From NCBI RefSeq assembly GCF_009914755.1, contig NC_060929.1: 64,000 bases of DNA, one strand, 5' to 3'. A program made the position numbers and the translations under genes. Below, piece by piece: positions 13,795 to 28,440 of the stretch (position 1 is the stretch's first letter; each line of letters opens with the position of its first letter). The stretch is from the human T2T-CHM13v2.0 reference genome, Homo sapiens. The notes beneath the pieces were generated by a model. The model saw only the letters and a program-made list of their open reading frames with translations. It was not told the origin of the DNA and did no database searches.

Positions 13795-14030
13795 TGAAAG
13801 CACAGGCTTAGCAGCAGACAAGCAAGGTTTGAAAACACACTCTCTGACGATGGGTGGTCTTGGATGGCTTCTTGAACCCCTCCAAGCCTCAGATTTCCTC
13901 ATCCTTAAACGGAGAATCATAAGCTCATCTACATAGAGCTATAATATCTGACCAGTGGGATGAGGTGTAAAACATTCTCATAACAAACCAGGCATAACGG
14001 AAGCATTCCAGAAATGCTAACTTTTGTTAT
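13795..14030 (+). mobile_element. MIR
   Basis: 'cttgaacccctccaagcctcagatttcctcatcc'. Confidence 0.7.
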
Positions 14031-17000
14031 TGTTTCTTATTACCATTTTTATGACCTTTTACTGAATAGAGTCCTCAAGCTCTAAGATAATCTCTGCCCT
14101 GGTGAAGCTGGTAATTTGGTTAGGGTGACAGATCAGGTATGACAATAAAGAACATGGATTTCCTTAAACCAGCCACAACAGAAGTCAGGCATCACCGGCG
14201 GCGTAGCCATTCACACAGTAGTTACCTAGTTTGCCTTACAGACTTCTTCCAGTGTTGCTACCAAGTACTCAAAATAGCTTGTCCTTTTTGAGTATAAAAA
14301 GCAACATCATACCCAAGTCCCAGTACAGTAATACACATTAAATGCCACACAGCATTTTTGCCTCGGATAATAACAGCCGTATTAAGTTGTTACAGACATT
14401 GCCTCTATCTCATCTCTGGAGGTGGTATAGGATTCTTCTGGAACGAATCACAGTCTGGGAAAGCAAACCCAGACCCCTTGCCCCATTGGTTCAGCTGCTT
14501 GGAAAAATTCCCCACTTAATTAAGATACTCTTCTTGAAATATGGAGTTTCAGAGTAGGCTAAGCAATGACCAGGCCAGAGCTTTGGGAGAGGCCCTTGGA
14601 AGTTGAGAGTGACGCCACAACCAGCATAGTATTGGACATTCAGTGGATGACTGAAAATCCTGGTTGACTGAATGGAGAGAATAGTCGGGCAGTTTCTTCG
14701 AGAAAAGTCAATAGCCTGTGAGGGCGCCAGGGCTACGGCAGGCAGGGCCATTACCCATGTTAGTCAAGACCTATGTCACATGAGCTTTTTGGGGGCAAAT
14801 ACAAACGTGTAGAGTTGGAAAAAATTACACTGGCCCCAGTATACAAAAAGTATAAAGTTAAAATTACAAGAAACAAAATAATAATTGTTTCTATTTTTCT
14901 GTATGCTACATCTAATGTGTGATCTAAGTGTAATTCACTATGTTCGACGTGGTGGGGGAGGGGGTTCCTCCAAAATAAGAGGTCTCGGGGCTTTGACAGG
15001 TGCTAAGGTAACCAGAGGAAGTCAGCAGGAATCAACCTACATATTTACTGGAATTCGATGTTGCTTTGCTTAACTTTTGTTCTCTTAGGTTATGCCGTTA
15101 ACGTCTCTCCTGCCCACCTTCCCCCAACACAGCAAAGCTACATAAACAAGAAAGACCAACCAGTGACAGCAGTGGAGAACTGGAAAGAATTATCTGAAAT
15201 GTAGAGAGCGCTGTAATTTTTCAAATAGTCAGGAACAGAACATCAGAAATTCTCTAGTTTCTTTCCACGAAGTCCAGCCTAGGGCCCTAGACTCCCTGCA
15301 GGATGCCGGGCGGCTTCTAATTGTCTGAAGATCTATTGTAGCGGTAAGGACAAGTGACATTAAGATACATAAACTGGCATTTGGGGTTGACGAATGATAG
15401 GCAACACACTTAAATCTGCTAGACAGAAACCTAAACTCTAAAGTGGGCAGAAGAGAAACAAAATACAAGAGTTCTGTAGTTCCCAGGGTGGGTTTGTGGT
15501 ATTGTTTTTATTTGCTGTTGTTGGCTCTATCTTGGCCAAGAAATGCCACTATAAGCATTTGATCTTTACTAGGGAGGTGCTGGCCTTGCAACATGAGACT
15601 TGGACACTGGTTTCTGGGTATAGTTGAGCCATCTATTTTTTTTCCTGGCTGCTTCCCCTCCTCCCCATTTCTCCTCTAAGTAAATGTGATGGCTCCAGAA
15701 AGAGAGATAAAAGAAGAGGTGTGTAGGAAGAGGGGTGCGTTTTCTACAGTCAGCAACAGAACAGAATAGACACATCCAGCAGGCCGTTTGCTGGGCCACA
15801 CTGTCTGATGTTAAGGAGTCTCTTACTGTTCTTCCTACTTACTGCCCAAACCTAATTAAAGCAGAGTCACTCGACAGTTAGGAATGCAGCACTGTATCTC
15901 CTCATGCACAAATCCCCAAAGCCTGTGAGCTCTTTCTTGAGAGTGAACCTTGAGTTTTATTTGCCCATTATCAGTTATCCCCATCTTATTTGTCCAAAAC
16001 AAAATCTCATCTCACTTCCTCTGATGTCACTTTACCCAGTCTATCCACCCATCCATCCCATAATTATCCTATCTGACCAGCTTACCCAGCACAAAGTTGG
16101 CCTCTGTTTCTTTGCCACGATTGGGTCTGTGCCCAGATAATTGGTTCATTCATCAAATATCTATTCAGTGTCCATGGTGTGCCAAGCCCTGAGCTAGGTT
16201 ATTGGAATGTGGTGAGCAGCAAGACCAACGTTGTGTCTGCCCTTATGAAATTTATAGTCAAATAAAATGCCAATTAATGTTAGGATTTGTTTAACCACTG
16301 CCCCCTTTGAACTGGATACTACGCAGCCTATAATAGCACTTTTTTTTTTTTGGCGACCATATAACACTTCACGTTGAGCTTGCTGCCAACTGTAACGTGT
16401 AGATTTCCTTTCTGAAGAGGAAGAATACACATGGAAAGACGCCATAGGTATCACGGCGAGATCACATTCCACCCTTCCAGAAATTTCCATGTACCTGGCA
16501 CACAATAGGCAGAAATATGTGTTGAATGAATTTGTTGGCACTATTTATGTTTCGCATTTAGATTCAGCAGCCTTCCAGCGCTCTGCTGTCTTATGGACCC
16601 TGGTTGGTTATCTGACATAACTTCTCTCTTACTGGCTTTTGTTTTATCTGAAAACGTCACTAGCAAACCATCAAGATCTGCATCTAAATCACTGCAAAAC
16701 GGAGATGAAAAATTGAAGGTTGGCTGCACCAGGAAGTTCATGTCAACTTCTAAACTTGTTGTCAGAAGCAATAAAAGTAGACTTTGTGGGTCCTTCAGAA
16801 CCGGAAAGGAAAAGGAAATCAAACATTCAAGGGATCAATTTAGATTCACGAAAAATAGGAAGGAAAGTGAAAGCCAACTGAATTAACTCTAGTTTGGTTC
16901 AAAAATACACTGCCATTTTTAAACATTTCTAGCCTTTTTTTTTTTCCCCTCTACAAGATACTGTGAGGCTGTATATAAAAGAGTAAATCAGAGCTGTGGG

Positions 17001-19366
17001 TGCTGAATCTTGATTCTCATATTTAAGTTTCCTCCTGCCCAGGAGTGACTCCAAGAAGGAAATGAATTCTCAGTGGGAGATGCTGTAGTTGATTAGCTTT
17101 TACCTTCCAGAGGAGATGTCAATCATGTTAATTGGAATCAATAGACAGCTGTTCAGGGGCCCAGGATAATTAACCAAGTCATAAAGGGTAGAATTAGAGT
17201 TCCCTTTAAAAATTAAAAGGGATCCCACTGTTTGCTAACATTTTAAGCCACTTTGGCTACCTAAGACCTATTCTGATTTAAACTCACTGATCACAGAGCA
17301 GCCAGCTTTTGTATGGGCAAAGAGTTATGCTCATCCTGTGGGAAAGTGGAAAATCCACCCTGCAGAAATGAGCTTTGAGTTTCCACTGCATTCCAAGGAG
17401 AGCCTAAATCTGTGGTTGTTAGGGCTTATGAGCCAGGTCGTTCTACAGCACTGGAGAGAGGGGGAGAGACAGAAAGAAAGGAAGAGAGTGAAAGAGGGAG
17501 AGGCAGAGAGAACACTAGCACTGTCGGCTCTCATCCATTTCAAGCTTGCACGCCTTGGTGTCCCCAAACCAACCTACAGAATCCATCATCTGCAACCCAG
17601 GTCTTCCCAGAGGGCAGCACAGAGAAAACTTCACAGGACCAGAAGGAAAGGCGATGTACTGAAGGCTAGTTACAATAACCGGACATCCCCAGCCCCCTTC
17701 AGAAAGATGCCCCCCTCCAGCCAGAGAACTTCTTCACAGAAATGCGTGTGCATTTTTATTTCCCCTTTAAAACTTGAAAGGGAGCTCATATACCCCCATC
17801 CCACATTTGGTTAAAGACAGAGAGGGCTCCTTCACCCACATGGAAACATGAAAAGAAAATGAAATTCTGTCCCAAGGCTTGTGATTTTTTTCTTTCTTTT
17901 CCTGAGTCAATGAATGCCAGATGTTCTCACAAAACATCTTCATATCTACAGGACGGCCTGTGAAAGTACTATTTATTATTGCTCAGAGGTCATGAGGCCA
18001 CAACAGATTTATAAGAAGGCTGTGGTCACTCTCAGTGTCTCCTATAGTTAGGAGATATTTGTGGCAAGAGTCAGGGAGGGCTCTTCTTTCTACATAATTT
18101 ACTTCCCCAGGGCCAATTAGCTGGGTCAGGTTAAGAGCAGAGGTGGTTTTCCCCCTCAGGCAACAGAAAGCTTGTTAAAGGCAGCGAGGCCACGTAAGAC
18201 TTCCCAACTGTCAGAAGAACAGGAGGGAAGGAGAATGTCAAAAAGAATATGGAGTGTGAGCACCAGTAAGCCTGTCTGTCAACAATGTGTAACATGTGGT
18301 AGGTCACATCCTCTTTGGCCTTGTCCCTGACAATGTCTCAGTCCCAATAAGCTATCATTCTATTGCGGTCCTCTGAGGTTGAACTGGGTTTTAAGTGGTA
18401 GGAAGGTGGATTTCACTCCACGCTACCCAAGCTACCTCTCAGACCACTGCTGAAATACTGCATCATCACCTCTGTCTGGTGCCTGCAAATTCAATCGGCC
18501 TTTTCCTGGGGAGCACCCACCCTCCCTCACCCCACTCTGTTTCAAAGGATAGGCAGATGTTGCAGAGAACCACCGCCTCCAGGTAAACAGGCTGAAAGGC
18601 ACCGATGCCCAAAGGAAAGTGGGCCACATTTGGTCTGGACATCAAAGAGGTTGAGCTATCGGCACCGGATGAACCACATCAGAACAAGACCTGGATTATG
18701 AGGGCCAAAGAAGAAGGTGTTATACCTGTAGGGTCTGCTGCTTCCTGCGCATGCTAATGCTCTTCTGAAATAAGCTCTGTAGCTACAGTTGGGAGTTGGA
18801 TTCCCTTTTCTAAGGATTTCAAACCAAACAAGACACTATTGATTCCAACCTGGCTCCAGAATGAATGAAGGGTCAATAGATGAGGCTGGGAAAACAGGTT
18901 TCCTTTCCTTTCTTCCACAAGGAAAACTCTGATTGTGTCTGTGGCTCTAACTTTTAAGACATGAATTGAGTTCAGTAACTCAATTTTCATTTCTGCTTCT
19001 GGTCTAAACTTGGAGGAAGCTAACGTTCCCTCTTGCTTTGCTCATGCAGTTGCCTTTTTTTGTTTTGCCATTTCTTCCATTTCTTCCTCTCTAGGGGAGT
19101 TCTTTGGGCTACTAAGATTGCTTTGAATAATGTGCTAAGTATTTGTAGAAAAGAAACAGGGACCTTGGGTTCTGTCTTATATGATATAGTCTATATTTCA
19201 ATGAATAGTTTCACCCTCCACCGGATTGCACAAACCGAAAATCTGGGAATCTTTCTAGATTACCCTCTCTCCTTTAAGCATTTACATCTGTTTAGTTTCC
19301 ACCACTCACTGAATCCAACTCTATTCAACTCTGGAATTCCCCGCCCCCTTCTTTTCATTCACTCCC

Positions 19367-20135
<769 letters not shown>

Positions 20136-20799
20136 CCCCTCTTGTCCAGGCAATTCAGGTCTCTGTCTCCTTTGTTTTCTCCTCCGATACATCCTCTCCC
20201 TCATGGCCAAAGTGATCTTCCCAAAACGCAACCCTAAGTCCCTCCCCTTCTTACGAGTTTATAATTATTTCAAAGTAAAGTCCAAGCTCCTTAATATTAC
20301 AAAGGCCAGTCCCACTCCAACCCGTCTGCCTCTCCTACAGGGAATCCTTTACCCCAGGCATGCGGAACGACGTCTGCCAGCCTCTCTTGGGCTCTGAATA
20401 TTTGCTTTTCCTACGCTTAGAATACTTCAAGCCCCTGTTTGCCTAACTCCTACACATCCTCCAAGGTACAGCTCAAGGTCTATCTCCTTCTGAAGGCCTC
20501 CCTGGAAACCCCTGGCCTAGGGGGTCCCATTATCTGAGTACACAATGCACACATTTGTTCTGGTTCTTCCCACATTGAACAGGTATCATGGACTTTTCCA
20601 GATCTTGAATTCTTGGTGGTCAGAGGCTGCTCTGTGGCCCTCATGCCTAGCATATGGGCTGGAAAATGGTAGGAAATTAGTAAATTCTTGTTAAACAGAT
20701 GACTTTACAAAAACAAATGATTGGATCACTGGTAAACTTCAATATGGTTGTTGCTCAACTGGTAAAGGAGACCATCAGTTTTGGGGAAGAAAGGAGTAG

Positions 20800-21790
20800 C
20801 CCAGTCAATAAACAAGTTTCATGAGGATGCCAGCCATGAGACAAGTGACCCTCTAGGTACCATTGATATAGCTGTGAATAAGACCAAGTCCCTGCTTTCT
20901 GGAACTTTCTATTGTAGATTAGAAAGATGGATAGTAATCATGTAAATATTTTAGGAGTTACGCGGTAATAGAAACAAAACACAGTAATACAACAGAGAAT
21001 GACTGGTTAGGAAAGGCCTCTCTGGGAGGTGACATTTGAGATTAGAGTTGAATGATGTGCAAAGTTGAAAGCGGGACACTCAGGCCAAGCTTGAGCAAAG
21101 GGCCGGAGGCAGGGACATCTTGACCTATTCAAGTAACAGCAAAAAGGCCAGGAAGAGGTCAAGGCTTAGGGAGAGAGTTGGGCAAAGGTATGAAAGAAGT
21201 TGGAGAAGGTCGGGCGCAGTGGCTCACGCCTGTAATCCCAGCACTTTGGGAGGCCAAGGCGGGTGGATCATAGGTCAAGAGATCGAGACCATCCTGGCCA
21301 ACATGGTGAAACCCCATCTCTACTAAAAATACAAAAATTAGCTGGGTGTGGTAGCTGTAGTGCCAGCTACTCGGGAGGCTGAGGCAGAGAATGGTTTGAA
21401 CCCGGGAGGCGGTGGTTGCAGTGAGCCAAGATTGCACCACTGCACTCCAGCCTGGCGACAGAGTGAAACTCTGTCTCGGAGGAAAAAAAAAAAAGAAAAA
21501 AGAAAAAGAAGGAAGTTGGAGAAGTAGACAGTGTTCAAAACAGGGAGGGCTGTGTTGGCCATCATACGAAATTAAGAATTTTATTCTACATACAATGGTA
21601 AACCAGAGAAGACAGGCTTGAGCAAGAGGCATAACATGATCTGACTTTGGTTCTCAAAAGACCACCCTGGCTTGTCCTTGAATATAGATTATAGAGGGGC
21701 AGAGTGGAGTCTGGGAGTCTGGTTAGGCAGGTTTTGTAGAAGTCCAGGAACAAGATGAAGGGGCTCGGAGGAGGCAGTGGAGTGGGGGTA
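20800..21790 (-). mobile_element. L2 split by an Alu
   Basis: 'gtgaataagaccaagtccctg', 'ggaaaggcctctctgggaggtgacatttgag', 'catgatctgactt'. Confidence 0.8.
21208..21510 (+). mobile_element. AluSc-like SINE
   Basis: 'ggtcaagagatcgagaccatcctggccaacatgg'; TSD approximately gaagttggagaa. Confidence 0.95.
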
Positions 21791-22509
21791 TAAAATCTTC
21801 TCCTCTCAGGTAAAAGCATTATGCAGAAGGGAGGTCTCAGTAGGTTTGGAACCTTTGCTATCAGCAGTCAAACCCTCATTTTTTCATAAGCTCAGTGGAT
21901 GAGGACAGGGTGCCGACTTGATTCACAGGCCTTGTGGATTCTTGGCTGGGCAGGTTTCCCAGCAAGAAAAATTGTAGAGTCCAAAAGATTCCTCAATTAT
22001 TATGCCAGTTTTTGTTCCTTCTGCAGTCCATTAAATATATATGTTTACGCATACTTACATGACCATCTGCTGCCTTCCCAAACCACCTTTGCAGAGGCCC
22101 AGGCATAACTGATTTGTCTTTTCAATGAACACTGTTGAGTGATTTTGACACCACATTGCCATCGATAGGTTTGACTTACAAATTATTTAGTGCTTATAAT
22201 GGATCGTTGGCCACCTTCCAGACATTCATAGCTGGCGATCTCTTAAAAAAAAAAAAAGATTAAATGAAGTTCGTAGTGACTTCAGCATTAAATGCTGGCT
22301 TCCAGGATTCATGCCTATTTGAGGCAGAATTCCTACTGTTCCTGCAGCTGTGGATTTCATCGTTTCTACTTTATAATCACTTTAAGAGACAAGGGAGCAG
22401 ATTGGCGGAGCTGACGGTGCCCTGTGGCTGACTTCACAGTCCCATGGAGGAAAAGAGAGCCCTAGCAGGGGAGGTGGCCCAGGGCCACAGAAAGAATACT
22501 CTTACAGAG

Positions 22510-22690
22510 TCCAAACGCTCACATGTTCTTCTTGACTATGCCCCCCACAAGCTGTGTGACCTTGCTGGGTCTCTTAACCTCTCTGAGCCTCATTTTCTCA
22601 GCTGTAAAGTAAGAAAATGCTATCTGCCTTACCTGTCTCCATAATGACAAGAGCAGGCATGTTGTAAGTGAAATAAATGGTGTCAATATA
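22510..22690 (+). mobile_element. MIR
   Basis: 'gctgtgtgaccttg...cttaacctctctgagcctcattttctca.ctgtaaa'. Confidence 0.8.
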
Positions 22691-24974
22691 TTTTCTGATA
22701 TATTTCACTTTTTGTGGTAAGCAAGATCTTCCATCTATGTCCTATCTGCCATTAAGGCCACATTGAGGTTTGATATTCCAAGAAAGGAATGGGTAGGTAG
22801 CTCCCACATGTGACCTAGGGAAGTTGAGAAGGAGGGTCTAACATAGTGATAAGTTATCTTAAACAAGAAGGGAAAAGCATGCTCTTCTGAACCACAGGGG
22901 AGAAATTCAGAGTGGATGAGACTTAGGGGAGAGGGGAAGATGTCCAGTTCCCCCACAACCCTGAGCTGAGGTCTGGAAAGATGGGTCAAAGAAACTGGGA
23001 AGAGGCTGTACAAAGTCCCTTCCCTTTTCTGGAAGCCCGCTTTGCTTAGTGGCCTGGCACCAGCATGGGGCAGCCAGGTGAGCCCAGAAATGCTGGTATG
23101 GTGAGGTTAAGCAGAGAGAATCCAGAAATAGAGTGCAAAAGCAGCGTCTGAAAGTGCCCATAAGCTCCCAGAGGGGGATGTAGAGGGTGGCTAAGAATAG
23201 GGAGTCAGAGGCTCTACTAGGAAGCAGGCGTGCGAGGACCTCTCAGTAGAAGCAGAGAAAGGGATATGCTGGGGTCTGGACACGGCACTGGCCGAATGTG
23301 GAAGGGCAGAAGGTGGAGTAGGGTTATCATGACTCCCCACGGTGCCAGAAGAAGGGACCACAGCACCCTCAGCCATAGACTGGGGTGAGAAAGGATGCAC
23401 CAGCACATGATAAGGCTCACACTCCACACTCCACCCTGCTATGTGGGGCGACCTCTGTGACTTCTTGGTTAAGAAAATGAGGAGTGCCCCTGAAATGCTG
23501 AGCATTCACCCCAAAAAGGCCACTTAAGCAAAAAGACACAGCTTTCTTTTATGGGGAAGGTGTAGAGTTTTCTCCCTTCTCTTTTGGCTGATAGAGGCTT
23601 AAGATCAAGATGAAATCAGCTATAGAAAATACCCAGGGACCCTGGTTGCTTGCCCCAGCATGTAGTGAGTTATTAAACCATCGACCCCACCCTGTAAGGT
23701 ATAAAGCATGGAATTTCCTACAGTGTCAAATGAGACGAGCGCTATTGCAGATGCAGGGACTGCTGTGTTCTTGCACGGAAGGTCTTCTCACGTGACTTCT
23801 CAGATGTTCTGCCTATTAAAAGCTACCATCAGACCGCTTCTCCCCGAGCCTTGTGACATCCACTGTGTTAATGCCATGCGGCAAAGTGCAGATGCAAATA
23901 CCATCACAGCCTTTCTCCCCACTAGTATTCCAACACCGATTCTTTGTCCACCTGCTTGCTTACTGTGCTGCTTAGGGTTCCGGGAGGGCCACCAAACAAG
24001 GGAAGCCAGGAAGGTGAGTATGGTTTCCATTGGAAAGGCTTAGTTAGAAAGAAACTAGATCTGAAAGGTAAGAACGCAGGTCAAGGAGGCAAGAGCGGCT
24101 CAGGACACATTTGGAGGGATATTTGGGAGAAGCTGGGGAACAGGGGCCTGCTGCCTGATATATGAGATATAGAAAAAATTCAGAGAAAGCTTGTTGTGTT
24201 TTATGAATGAAATCCTGCACTTTAAGTTTTGAGAAGCTGTTTTAAATATTGAGATCATGTCACAGTGTCAAAAGCATTCCTTGTGGCTGCTGGTCTGTGG
24301 TTCTGTCTGAATGCTTTCCTGTGAGGGGACAGGATGTGAAGCAGTTTGGCTTTCTATGGATTGCATTCATTTCTAATCTGTTTCCTACTCTGGATATACC
24401 ACACCTTGGTAAGTCAGTCCTCTACTTCTTTCTCCTTTGATGAAATCTAAATGGAAGGCTGAGATCAGAAGAAAGAATAAGATGCCTCAGGTTTGGAAAA
24501 TGCATCTCTCAGGAGAAGGACTTCCTGTTGCTCTAGAGAGTATCAAGGAAGAGCAACAGAATATTCCAGGCCAGGAAGCCACCATGTTGGGCACCTTTGC
24601 ACAAACCAAACATAGTAAGGACGTTGCAGTGTCCAAAGCCAGGGACCCAAATGCTGGAGAGTTTGCCAAGGGAGCTGAGAAGCCCTGAATTGGAGGGTTT
24701 ATTTTCAAGCATGAGCTCCAAGAACACTTGCTTTCATCCTTCAGCTGGTGCCAAGGGAGCTAATCGCCAGCTCTAGGCATCCTTTGACTTCTTGGTAGAG
24801 TCACTGTCAGAATCCTCCTGACAAACAGAAGCCTGCAATTTCTTTGGCTGTGAAGACCAAAAGAGAAGACCACAGAGATTCTATGGAAGACACCAAGTGA
24901 AAAAAGGCACTGTCCCCCCTCTAGGAGCAAAGTGGGGCAGAGACAGGGAGCTCACCGTTCACACATACTCCAGA

Positions 24975-25185
24975 ATGAGGATAACAACAAAAGCCGCATT
25001 CTTTAAGCACCAGGCACTGTCCCAGGCTCTTTGTAAGCCTTACCCATTCAATCCTACAGCACAGCCTGCCAGGTGGGAGTAGGATCCCCACTTTATCCAG
25101 ACATCAAGTCGTTTACCTGAGTTGCACTGCCAGAAAGTAGAAGGGCAGTGATTTGAACCCAATGCTCTCGGTCCCAAAGCCCCTT
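24975..25185 (-). mobile_element. MIR
   Basis: 'ccaggcactgtccc...cattcaatcctacagc...gatttgaaccca'. Confidence 0.7.
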
Positions 25186-25456
25186 ATCCATGTCTACACT
25201 GTAGAAGCCTCAAACGGGCCTCTTCCAGCCCACACATGTAATTAGCATGCCCAGCACAACATTAAAAACAAATTTTTAAAATGGTTGCCAACATTTTAAA
25301 GATGTGAGATTTCACCTTTAAAAACTAAATGTCTGACTTGGCTTAAAATAAAATGAAAAGGCCTGAGTCTACCAGTCCCACGTTGCCACGAGGCCCAGCA
25401 GGTTGAAGGCTGAGGAGGAGCTGCCCTTTGAAGGGGAACAGACTCCATTTGGCTGG

Positions 25457-26139
<683 letters not shown>

Positions 26140-26589
26140 GCTGCTTCAGTCACTCAGGTAACCTGCACAGCACTGTGGGCATGTGAGTTTTCTAATCTTG
26201 TGTATTGCTTTATGTCACCACTTCCCTGGAGATGAGCTGCAACTGGGGTGTGAGCGTCATTAGCTGGGAGTCTGCATCAGGCTCTATGTCTCCTCTTCTC
26301 TATTGCACCAAGTGACACAGGGTTAGCCCCTGCTCCTGGGGGAATTTCAGCCTAAGGCTGACCAGGAGCAGAGCTCAGGCAGAGAAGTTCTATGAACAAC
26401 AGGATGAGAGAATGCTCATTGGGCTGAGTGGAGCAGTGTCCATACCGGGTCTGAGTCCACTTGAAGCTGGGTTTAGAAAAATGAATGGCTGTCCAAGTGC
26501 CTCTGGGAAAATCATGGCCCCTCTAGCTGTCTGCTCATGCTGAATCTCTTTTCCAATCTAAATGGGACCTTTAGTGGTATCCACAGGGG

Positions 26590-26800
26590 CTGTGGGGTCA
26601 GAGTCAACAGGACTCAAGTCCTGTGCAGTTGCTTCCTAAGCTGGGTGTTTTTGAGCAACTTTGTCACCTCCCTGCACCCCGGTTTCCTTATTGCAAAGCA
26701 TGAATATAAATAGAATCTACCTTGTTGGGATGCTGTGGGTGTTCAATTAAATAATCCACTAGCACGGTTCTAGAATAAATATTTAATAAACAGAAGCAAT
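26590..26800 (+). mobile_element. MIR
   Basis: 'gtcagagtcaacaggactcaagtcc...ggtttccttattgcaaa...aataaatatttaataaa'. Confidence 0.65.
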
Positions 26801-27613
26801 ACTTACATTTTCCCATGAATGTTTTCTTCCTGGCTGACTTAGAGGGATTTTCAACTTAGCCAGGGTGGAAAATGACCCTTTACTATGGTGTCACTGGGCT
26901 CTCTTCAGCAGTTTGGTCCAAGGGACCAGGGAGAGTGAAGCTCTGACCGATGTCTCTCTGTGCTGGAAGATGCTGTGCAGGTGGCTGGATGTTGACTAGA
27001 GGCCTTCCCTGGACCAGAACCCAGGTTTGCTTGCCCCTCAGGTCTGTATTCACTCTTCATAATTCTCCCCTCAATCAGCCATAACTATGAACGCTATTCT
27101 TAGGCAGAGGCCCAATAGCTGCCCCTCGGCTCCCTACAATCCACCCATGGTTCTGATCGCAAAGCATCTTGTTATCACCCAAGGCGAGGACTGGTGGAGA
27201 GACACATCTGCGTGGCACCTAATGCCTGGCCCATCTCTACCTGACCTTACTACAAGGGCTCTAACTGAGCCATGCCCAGTTAGATGCAGGGAAGGTCCAG
27301 GCTAGCTTTGTTTCTGTTGTATAAGCCATGCACGATGCAGCGCAAGGATGCATGAGGGCCTGGACTAGGACAACGATGAAGCCAGCATCGCTGGGATGCT
27401 TCCAGCCCTTCCTGGGAAAATGCTGGATCATCATTCATCTCAGATCATGACGGATACCCTCAGAAACAATCCCCTCCCCTCCAGCTGGAGGTGAAGATCA
27501 TGATGATAGAATCATTCCCCACCCCACTCCCTACCCTCTGGGGCCAGAAAGGGAACCAGAGAGACTGAGTCTATCCCACTGCCTTGGGGACAGTTAGAAT
27601 TTACGCCACCCCA

Positions 27614-27925
<312 letters not shown>

Positions 27926-28099
27926 TCACCCTTCTAAGCAGAATCTCTAGTGACATAAGATAAATCTACCCCATTTGTTTAGTGCTTATTAAGGCTTTGG
28001 GTGCCACATGAATGCTACATAGACACCCAGGAATAGACCTGGTAACGACTTAATCCTTCTCCTTACCTTCATAGTGTAGGCAAGGACTCATCATCTTTG

Positions 28100-28440
28100 A
28101 GTTCCTGCCTTGGCCCTAGAAGGCCTGGCCTCTGCCTTCTTCTCTGATTTTATCTGTCCACTTCCTCTGCCCTCACTCACTGTGCTCCAGGTGACTTTCT
28201 GTCCCTTCCACTTTCCACGCCTGTCCTATCTTCTTGCTCCTGCCGTTAGATACTAGTGTATCATCCTATTGCATTGTCTTCCTATTTTACACTTTGTGGA
28301 AACTATTTCATTTACTCATGTGTTTGGTTTGTATGGTCTCTCTCCTCAAAACAGTGTAAATTCCATAAGAGCACAGATTCTGCCTGTTAGGTTTCTTTAC
28401 CCATGAGTCCCCCTGGCTCAGAGTTGGGTCCAGTAAGTTG
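28100..28440 (+). mobile_element. L2 fragment
   Basis: 'cctggcctctgcc...ctcactgtgctccag...gtaaattccataagagcacagat'. Confidence 0.6.

Noticed and set aside
17338-17814. 158-aa ORF
   Set aside because: Non-ATG start, no recognisable domain, includes GA low-complexity sequence; consistent with chance.
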